NCBI GenBank assembly: GCA_963678065.2
Contig: CAXXVZ010000003.1
Span: forward strand, 1,824,001 to 1,888,000
Direction: 5' to 3'
DNA from: Treponemataceae bacterium
GTDB lineage: Bacteria > Spirochaetota > Spirochaetia > Treponematales > Rectinemataceae
DNA length: 64,000 nt
The notes beneath the pieces were generated by a model, which was not told the DNA's origin, did not search any database, and worked only from the letters and a program-made list of their open reading frames with translations. A program made the translations under genes and the position numbers. This document shows, in pieces, positions 57,336-64,000 of the stretch. Each line of letters starts with the position of its first letter. Within the stretch, counting starts at the first letter, position 1.

Positions 57336-59090
57336 TTATCTGTTTTCTCCCGCCACTCGATCTTCTCCTGCCTCTCCTCCGTCGCGGCGCAGGGCGTAGA
57401 GCTCTCCCGCCCTTTGCACGATTCCGTCGTCGAGGCCGAGCAGGGAGGCTATCGTCACGGCGTCGGAGCCCTCCGGTCCCTCGCCTGTATCATCGATGAG
57501 GCCATGACGCATGAGCCCGTTGATTTTTCTGATCCGTTCCCCGAGAGGCAGATCCGAGGCGAGGATGCCCCGCGCCGCGTTCCTGTCGAGCCCCGGCACC
57601 CGCAGGTAACGCACGCCGGGCAGGCGCGCCACGCCTCTGAAATGGCTCGAGAAGAGGCAGAGCATGCCCGGTCGCTTCGTGAGAGCCTCCAGAGCCGCGG
57701 AAATAAGCGCCTCGGCCTCCGGAGAACTCGTCGTCCGCGCGAACTCGTCGAAGGCGAGGAGGACTCCCTCCCCCGGACAATCTGAGCTTTCCGATTCCTT
57801 CCACGCCTCGCAAAAACTGCGTATTTCGAATCCGAATCCCGAAAGCCCCTCTGCAGGACGCCGGGCCGATGGGCTGGAAAGGTTGCCGATGTAGTGGATG
57901 AATCGGCGGAAGCGCGCCGAGAACGATGTCGCCGGCACGAAAAATCCCGCCTGGGCGAGGATCTGGAAAAACAGCACGCTCTGGAGCGCGACGGTTTTTC
58001 CGCCCATGTTGGAGCCGAAGATGACAGCGCCCCTCTCCGACAGCTCGATATCGAGCGGAGTATACTCCGAGCCCAGGTTCCGGCATGTCCTCTGGCACGG
58101 CAGAAAGCATCCGCCGCGCAGCGAGTAGAGCGCAGGCTCCGCATCCCCGCTGAAGCGCGGCCTGACCAGTCCGTGGTCTAGGACAAGCCCCGCTCCCGCC
58201 CTGGCGATGTCGAACCGAGTCAGCGATTCTTCGTATTCCGAAAGCCGCCGGGCCTCGGCGCATACGGCCGCGGACAGGCGCGCTATGACCCTGTCCTCGC
58301 ATTCAGTCTCCCGCGAGGCGAGAGTCTCGCGCTCCGCCTCCAGCCCGAGCTCTTCGGGCAGTGGCTGAAGGCTGACCCTCCAGTGCGCGTCGTCATATGG
58401 CGATACCGCGAAGTTCCCTCTGTTTTCGAGAATCGAGCGGGGGAATCCGTGCGGAACGATCAGATAATCGCCCTGAGAAAAATCGAGGCCCCATATCTCG
58501 TGCACTTCGCCCGCAAAGCGCGCGCGCAGCTCCCGCAGAGCCTCGTCCACCGCGCGTATCCCGCGCCGCAGCTCGCCTAGTTCCGCATCCTGCGAATCCG
58601 CGATGAAAAAAGTCTCCGGGTCCGATCCGCCCTCGGAAAGCGCCTGCGCCAGAGCCTCCGACCCGAATCGCAGACCGAAATGGCGGGCCGTTTCTCCGTC
58701 GACGAGCATCGCCACGGCCCGGTAGTTCGCGATGAACTTCTTCGCCGCGAAGAGTTCGGTCAGTCCCAGTGCCCGCTCCGGCGCGGCTCGGCGGCCGGAT
58801 TCCGTGGCCTCCCCGGGCGCCTCAGAGCACAGGTCGGGAAGCCTCACGACGCGCCTCAGGTGCCACGCGATGCGGTCGAACCTCGCCCTGTCCTCCCCCG
58901 CGCGGCGCAGAAAAGCGAGCGCTGCCTCGGTGTCGTCCAACCTCGACTCGGCCTCATCGCGTGAGGCGCAGACGGGAAATGAGTCGAGCCAGTCCTTCCC
59001 GCGGGGCGTGAGCGGCTTGAGAAGGGAGAGGAATTCGTCGACGCCCGAGAACGCCCTGGCCTCCTCAGAACAGACCGGTCTTTCAGGCAC
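57336..59090 (-). CDS. kamC: MutS-ATPase-domain protein of the kam cluster (KamC-like)
   Basis: GSNMGGKT, GLSGFGFEI, DEFARTT, SSHF; no MutS mismatch-binding N-terminus; sits between kamB and kamD. Confidence 0.75.
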   Translation of the reverse strand: MPERPVCSEEARAFSGVDEFLSLLKPLTPRGKDWLDSFPVCASRDEAESRLDDTEAALAFLRRAGEDRARFDRIAWHLRRVVRLPDLCSEAPGEATESGRRAAPERALGLTELFAAKKFIANYRAVAMLVDGETARHFGLRFGSEALAQALSEGGSDPETFFIADSQDAELGELRRGIRAVDEALRELRARFAGEVHEIWGLDFSQGDYLIVPHGFPRSILENRGNFAVSPYDDAHWRVSLQPLPEELGLEAERETLASRETECEDRVIARLSAAVCAEARRLSEYEESLTRFDIARAGAGLVLDHGLVRPRFSGDAEPALYSLRGGCFLPCQRTCRNLGSEYTPLDIELSERGAVIFGSNMGGKTVALQSVLFFQILAQAGFFVPATSFSARFRRFIHYIGNLSSPSARRPAEGLSGFGFEIRSFCEAWKESESSDCPGEGVLLAFDEFARTTSSPEAEALISAALEALTKRPGMLCLFSSHFRGVARLPGVRYLRVPGLDRNAARGILASDLPLGERIRKINGLMRHGLIDDTGEGPEGSDAVTIASLLGLDDGIVQRAGELYALRRDGGEAGEDRVAGENR

Positions 59091-60060
59091 AGCGGACCTC
59101 CGTCCCGACTTCGAGGGGATTGAAGGTCACGAGGCCGGCGAGCCCCGGATCGCCGAGAGCCGAGAGGAACTCGGCCCTGCCCAGGTTGCGCAGGATCACC
59201 GTGAAGCCGGCAAAATCCATGCCGCGGAACACCGACAGGCTGTGCCGCCTCGCGAAGGTGGCAAGCTCGCGCCACTCGAGGAAGACCTTCGTGAAATCCT
59301 CCACGACGACGGGAGCGCCATCTGCGCCGAGTTCCGCGGCCACGCGCGGCGTGAGCGCTCCCCGGATCAGGACCGGGGTCGACGCCAAACCCAGGGTCGA
59401 GGCCGGGATCGCGCCTTTCGGCAGGCCGGCCGCTTCGGCCCCCGGACGATCCGCCTCCGGGCCACCCTCCTCCCCCGCTTCCGTAAAGTCAGCGCGGGGC
59501 AGATGCGCGAGGAAATGCAGCCGCTTCATCGCGGCGACCTGCCTGTCCAGATTGCTCCTGTCCGCGCGCAGGACGTAGACGAATCTCGCCCCCTCGAACG
59601 CGGAAACCTGGGTTATGCGATTCATGGCGCCGTCCGCGAGGATGGTGTCGACGCCGAACTCCTCGCGCATGAGACGCATCGCGAGGGCCGCGTACTCGTT
59701 GCGCTCGGGCCCCACGAGAAGGACATCCCCGGCGCGCAGGACACGCGCGAGCACGAGCCTGCCGAGGGCGCCCGTCCCCGGCAGGGTTTCGAGGATTTCA
59801 AAGCGCGCCTGGGACGATCTGAGAAACCGTTCCGCGGTCAGCACCGTTTCGCCCGCAAAAGCCGGGATCCGCGGCCGCGATCCGCCCGTGAGCGCATCGC
59901 GGGCCTCCCCGTCGAAACCGATGCCGAGAATGCCGGGGCATTCCCCCTCCCCCCGGAGCGCACCAAGGACAGCGTTGAGGAAACTCGTCTTGCCGCATCC
60001 CTTTTCGGGACCGGTTATGAAGGTCGATCGTCCTCTGTATCCCGATATGTCGATTCCCAT
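59083..60060 (-). CDS. kamB: KamB-like P-loop protein
   Basis: ITGPEKGCGKTSFLN, GFDGE...D...PRI, TGALG, LVGP, DGAMNR; directly after kamA. Confidence 0.7.
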   Translation of the reverse strand: MGIDISGYRGRSTFITGPEKGCGKTSFLNAVLGALRGEGECPGILGIGFDGEARDALTGGSRPRIPAFAGETVLTAERFLRSSQARFEILETLPGTGALGRLVLARVLRAGDVLLVGPERNEYAALAMRLMREEFGVDTILADGAMNRITQVSAFEGARFVYVLRADRSNLDRQVAAMKRLHFLAHLPRADFTEAGEEGGPEADRPGAEAAGLPKGAIPASTLGLASTPVLIRGALTPRVAAELGADGAPVVVEDFTKVFLEWRELATFARRHSLSVFRGMDFAGFTVILRNLGRAEFLSALGDPGLAGLVTFNPLEVGTEVRCA

Positions 60061-60149
60061 CGCGGCTCCGTAAAATCCGGAGAGGAACCCGTCCGTTCCC
60101 CTCCGCCGTGTGCGGGTGCGCGGCTCCGCCCGGGCGGAGCCGTCGGACC

Positions 60150-61433
60150 TCATTCCTCCGATCCGAAATGCTGCCTCGCGGCGCGCACGAGATTCTTCGG
60201 CTCGAGCACCTTCTCGTAACCCTCGAGCAGGCGCGCGACACCGCAGGTCGGCTTCAGGTGCGGCTCGAGTTCGCAGATCCTGCACTGCCCGCAGTCTTCC
60301 TCGTAGAAGTGGGGCTCGTCGTAGGTCGTGATGACGCCCTCGTAGTTGCGCAGGATCACCCGTTTCTCGTTCGAGGTGATGAGGTAGCTCGGCATGACGG
60401 GAGTCTTCCCGCCGCCGCCGGGCGCGTCGACGACGAAGGTCGGCACCGCCATTCCCGAAGTGTGCCCGCGCAGGTTCTCTATGATCTCGATTCCCTTGGA
60501 TACTGTCGTCCTGAAATGCGAAATCCCCCGCGAGAGGTCGCACTGGTAGATGTAGTAGGGTTTGACCCTGACCGCGAGGAGCTTCTGCACCAGCTTCTTC
60601 ATGAGGACGGGGCAGTCGTTGATGTCGCGCAGGAGAACCGACTGGTTGCCGAGCGGGATGCCCGCGTCGGCGAGCTTCGCGCATGCCTCGCGCGCCTCGG
60701 CGGTGATCTCCTTGGGGTGGTTGAAGTGCACATTCACGTAGAGAGGATGGTACTTCTTCAGCATGGCCGCGAGCGCGTCGGTCACGCGCATGGGCATGAC
60801 GACAGGTGTGCGCGTTCCTATCCTGATTATCTCGACGTGGGGAATGGCTCTGATTCTCGCGATGATCGACTCGAGCTTTTCATCGGAGAGGACGAAGGGA
60901 TCTCCACCCGAGATGAGTACGTCGCGCACGATGGGCGTGTTCCTGATGTACTCCACCGCCCTGTCGAAGTTCTCCTCCGGCATGTGGTGGTCCTCGGAGC
61001 CGACGAGCCTGCGCCTCGTGCAATGCCTGCAGTTCATGGAGCACATGTTCGTCACGAGAAGGAGAACCCTGTCAGGATAGCGGTGCGTCAGGCCCGGAAC
61101 GGGCGAATCGACATCCTCGTGCAGCGGATCGTCCTGATCCGAGGGGTCGTCGTGGGTCTCGGGAAGACGGGGAACGGCCTGGAGCCTGACGGGACAGACC
61201 GGGTTCGCAGGATCGATCAGCGAGGCATAGTAGGGCGTGATGGCCATGCGGAAGGACTTGAGAACCTCGGCCACGTCCGCCTTCTCCTTCTCGGAAAGCG
61301 GCAGAACCTTCGCGAGGGTGTCGACATCGCGGATGTTGTTGCGCATCTGCCAGCGCCAGTCGTTCCAGTCTTCCTGGCTGACATCCCGGTAGAGGGGAAT
61401 CCGCCGGTAATCGAAGGATAGATAGTCCTGCAT
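60150..61433 (-). CDS. kamA: Lysine 2,3-aminomutase (radical SAM)
   Basis: WNDWRWQ, LTHRYPDRVL, CSMNCRHCTRRR, LRGHTSG, DAPGGGGK. Confidence 0.97.
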   Translation of the reverse strand: MQDYLSFDYRRIPLYRDVSQEDWNDWRWQMRNNIRDVDTLAKVLPLSEKEKADVAEVLKSFRMAITPYYASLIDPANPVCPVRLQAVPRLPETHDDPSDQDDPLHEDVDSPVPGLTHRYPDRVLLLVTNMCSMNCRHCTRRRLVGSEDHHMPEENFDRAVEYIRNTPIVRDVLISGGDPFVLSDEKLESIIARIRAIPHVEIIRIGTRTPVVMPMRVTDALAAMLKKYHPLYVNVHFNHPKEITAEAREACAKLADAGIPLGNQSVLLRDINDCPVLMKKLVQKLLAVRVKPYYIYQCDLSRGISHFRTTVSKGIEIIENLRGHTSGMAVPTFVVDAPGGGGKTPVMPSYLITSNEKRVILRNYEGVITTYDEPHFYEEDCGQCRICELEPHLKPTCGVARLLEGYEKVLEPKNLVRAARQHFGSEE

Positions 61434-61437
61434 GGCC

Positions 61438-62277
61438 TCATCCTCTCAGTCTGAGATACGCCCTGACCTCGTCGGGCGTCGCGGGCTTCAGCCCCGCCTC
61501 GTTCGCGATGCGCACCGCGCGTTCCACGAGCTCGGCGTTGGACTTCGCGAGCACTCCCTTGGCGAAATAGACGTTGTCCTCGAAGCCGACCCTGATCCAT
61601 CCCCCTGAGGCGATGGCCCCGTACTGCGCCGGCAGGGATGATCGCCCGATGCCCATGACCGTGAAGTTCGCGCCCGGGGGCATGGCCCTGACGAAGGACT
61701 GGAGGCTGTCGACCGAATACTGCACCGATCCGGGAACATTGAACACGAAGCCGTAATGGAAGGGTTCCTCCAGGAGCCCCTCGTTCACGAGGATGCGACT
61801 CGCGTGGACGTGGCCGAGGTCGAAACACTCGAGAGTCGCGCGGACCCGGCGCGCCCGGAACTCGCGCGCGAACTCGCGCATCGTCGGCAGGGTGTTGACG
61901 ATGTAGTCGTTCCCGAAGTTGACCGTCCCGCAGTCGAGCGATGCCATCTCGGGTTCGAGGATGGCGATGGGCCGGAGTCTCTCCTCGGGAGTGTCGCCCA
62001 CGGCCCCGCCCGTCGTGATCTCGACGACGATATCCGTCTTGTCGCGGATGAGCGATATCGCGCGGCGGAAGACCTCGGGATCCTGGGTGGGCGCGCCGCG
62101 CTCGTCCCGGACGTGCAGGTGCAGGATCGCGGCGCCCGCCTCGCGGGCTTCGACTGCGGCCCAGGCGATCTCCTCCGGCGTGACCGGCAGGGCCGGATTC
62201 TGCGCCTTCGTCGTCTCGGCGCCCGTGCAGGCGCAGGTTATGACGATCTTCCCGTTCATGACGGCATTCGCGCTCAT
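61438..62277 (-). CDS. kce: 3-keto-5-aminohexanoate cleavage enzyme
   Basis: ITCACTGAE, PVTPEEI, HLHVRD, TTGG, IRVGFEDN. Confidence 0.93.
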   Translation of the reverse strand: MSANAVMNGKIVITCACTGAETTKAQNPALPVTPEEIAWAAVEAREAGAAILHLHVRDERGAPTQDPEVFRRAISLIRDKTDIVVEITTGGAVGDTPEERLRPIAILEPEMASLDCGTVNFGNDYIVNTLPTMREFAREFRARRVRATLECFDLGHVHASRILVNEGLLEEPFHYGFVFNVPGSVQYSVDSLQSFVRAMPPGANFTVMGIGRSSLPAQYGAIASGGWIRVGFEDNVYFAKGVLAKSNAELVERAVRIANEAGLKPATPDEVRAYLRLRG

Positions 62278-62306
62278 GGTAGTCGTTCCGCCCATATCTG
62301 CCTCGC

Positions 62307-63578
62307 TTAAACCGGATAGGCCCGGGCCGTGAGCTCGAGGCTCTCTTCGATCGCCCAGAGGGCCTTCGCGAGATCCTCCTCGGTGTGGCGGTAGGCGATA
62401 TACCAGTGATGGAAGGGCTGGATGAAGAGCCCGCGCCGTATAGTCTGCGTGTAGAAGTACTCGCGCCTCGCCTTGTAAGTCTTCTCCGCGTCCGAGGGCG
62501 CGGGGTCGAAAGTGAGGAAGGGCATGGGCGGTATGCCCGACACCGTCGCCGGCACGCCGGACTTCGCGACAATGCGCCCGAGATCCGAAAGGAATTTCGT
62601 CCCGCGCGCCCAGATGGCGTTGGGCACATCCTCGCGCTCGAGGATGTCGAGGCAGGCCAGGGCCGCCACCATCTCGAGGCTGTTCGGGAAGAAGGTCGAG
62701 CTGACGAAGACCTTCTTCTCGCAGACCGACATGATCTCGCGCTTTCCGGCCACGCAGGATATCGCGTAGCCGTTGGCCAGCGCCTTGCCGAAGGTCCCGA
62801 GATCGGGCGTCACGCCGTAGCGCTCCTGTGCGCCCCCGAGGGCGGCGCGGAAGCCGGTACGGACCTCGTCGAAGACGAGGACAGCCCCGTGTTTCGTCGC
62901 GAGTTCGCGCACCGCCTCCAGATACCCGGCGGGTGGCGCCTGGACGGGCTTGGCGAGGGCGTGTCCGACCGGCGTGATGATGACGCAGGCGACCTTCCCC
63001 GCGTGCTCGGCGAGCTTCGCCTCGAGCGACTCGATCTTCCCGTACTCGAACTCGTCCGTGAGGGCGAGAGTCTCCTCGGGAACGCCTCCGTGGTTCTCCA
63101 CGCACCAGTCGTGCCAGCCGTGGTAGCCGCAGCGCAGCACGATCTCGCGGTCGGTGTAGCCTCGCGCGATGCGCACCGCCAGCGTCGTGGCGTCCGAACC
63201 CGTCTTCACCGGAATGACCTGCTCGGCGCAGGGTATCATGTCGACAAGCCTCGCCTCGAGCTCGTTCTGCACGGCCTGGACGAGAGAGAAACAGAAACCC
63301 TTGTGCGTCATCTGCCTGATGACGGCCTCGTTTATTTCCGGCTCGTTGTAGCCGAGGATGATGGGGCCGTAGGCGCAGAGCATGTCGATGTAGTCGTTGC
63401 CGTCCACGTCGACGATGTGCCCGCCGTAGCCGCGGTCGATGAAGATGGGATACTCGCCCTGCACGAAATTGTAGGGCCTGCGGATACCCATGACGCCGCC
63501 GGGAGAGAGCCGTTTGGCCTCCTCGAACATGGCCATGGACTTCGTGAGTCTGAGTGCGGGAAATTCTTTCGCTGGCAT
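62307..63578 (-). CDS. kat: Class III aminotransferase, probable 3-aminobutyryl-CoA aminotransferase
   Basis: DVDGNDYID, KTGSDAT, GYHGWHDW, FDEVRTGFR, TFGKALANG; located between kdd and kce; GGAGG RBS. Confidence 0.8.
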   Translation of the reverse strand: MPAKEFPALRLTKSMAMFEEAKRLSPGGVMGIRRPYNFVQGEYPIFIDRGYGGHIVDVDGNDYIDMLCAYGPIILGYNEPEINEAVIRQMTHKGFCFSLVQAVQNELEARLVDMIPCAEQVIPVKTGSDATTLAVRIARGYTDREIVLRCGYHGWHDWCVENHGGVPEETLALTDEFEYGKIESLEAKLAEHAGKVACVIITPVGHALAKPVQAPPAGYLEAVRELATKHGAVLVFDEVRTGFRAALGGAQERYGVTPDLGTFGKALANGYAISCVAGKREIMSVCEKKVFVSSTFFPNSLEMVAALACLDILEREDVPNAIWARGTKFLSDLGRIVAKSGVPATVSGIPPMPFLTFDPAPSDAEKTYKARREYFYTQTIRRGLFIQPFHHWYIAYRHTEEDLAKALWAIEESLELTARAYPV

Positions 63579-63786
63579 GAAAACACCTCCGCCGCCACCG
63601 CGGCGTCGTCCGTACGATACCGCGATGGCGCAGCGACATGCCGGAAGGAGCAGTAGCCGCGGCCTCCGGATATCCCCACGCAAGGGAGATCCCGGGCGGC
63701 CCGGCACAGTTTTTCCGGCGGGTTTTGGCAGGGGGCCCCGCCACGATACCCCGAACGGGGCGCGGGCGATCCGTCCTGCCGGTCTG

Positions 63787-64000
63787 TCATTTCACGTAGT
63801 TCTTCTCGAACAGCTCCCGGAGGGCGGGGTTCTCGCGCAACTCCCAGAGGGTGATCTCGGCGTGGTCCTTCGTGTAGCCGTTGCCGATGATCATGGTCAC
63901 ATCCTTGCCGATGCCTTCCGCTCCCAGGGCCGCGCGCGTGAAGCTCGTCGCCATGGAGAAGAAGTAGACTATGCCCTCGTCCCGGACTGGCAGAATGCTC
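63787..64000 (-). CDS. kdd: L-erythro-3,5-diaminohexanoate dehydrogenase (3' end only)
   Basis: Minus frame ...GIVYFFSMATSFTRAALGAEGIGKDVTMIIGNGYTKDHAEITL...FEKNYVK*. Confidence 0.9.
   Translation of the reverse strand, partial: SILPVRDEGIVYFFSMATSFTRAALGAEGIGKDVTMIIGNGYTKDHAEITLWELRENPALRELFEKNYVK

Noticed and set aside
57336..59090. DNA mismatch repair MutS
   Set aside because: Lacks the N-terminal mismatch-binding domain and lies within the kam operon.
61438..63744. 768-aa ORF suggesting a fusion to Kce
   Set aside because: The N-terminal ~490 aa is an off-frame read of kat; Kce homology starts at about 62277.

Overview
High-GC bacterial chromosome segment, most likely a free-living spirochaete (inferred from the short AlaRS, the dxs-folP-cdaA-cdaR-acpS-truA run and the rny-ymdB pair). 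Left to right it contains: (1) a truncated patatin-like secreted protein; (2) a ~6.5 kb, visibly more AT-rich integrative element inserted in tRNA-Leu(GAG), bounded by 52-bp att repeats at 2078-2129 and 8577-8628, carrying a tyrosine integrase, a RelE/HigB-type toxin-antitoxin pair, an excisionase-like HTH, a DUF3631-like P-loop protein flanked by GCTACC repeat clusters, small unknown ORFs and a lipoprotein, but no capsid, relaxase or recognisable primase; (3) a six-gene Ehr (hydrogenase-4-related, lacking NiFe ligands) membrane complex headed by an HTH-PTS EIIA fusion; (4) rrf2-hcp; (5) housekeeping genes (ymdB, rny, RRM protein, RluA-family, truA, acpS, cdaR, cdaA, folP, dxs, alaS, a large GH13, addB/addA, a chromate transporter pair, pepT); (6) a lysine fermentation operon (kdd-kat-kce-kamA-kamB-kamC-kamD-kamE-CoA transferase A/B) with a class III aminotransferase where the ammonia-lyase Kal is usually found. 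The best candidates for undescribed biology are the minimal satellite-like element with its cis-structures and the EIIA-headed Ehr complex. All family calls come from motif recognition by eye; no database searches were run.
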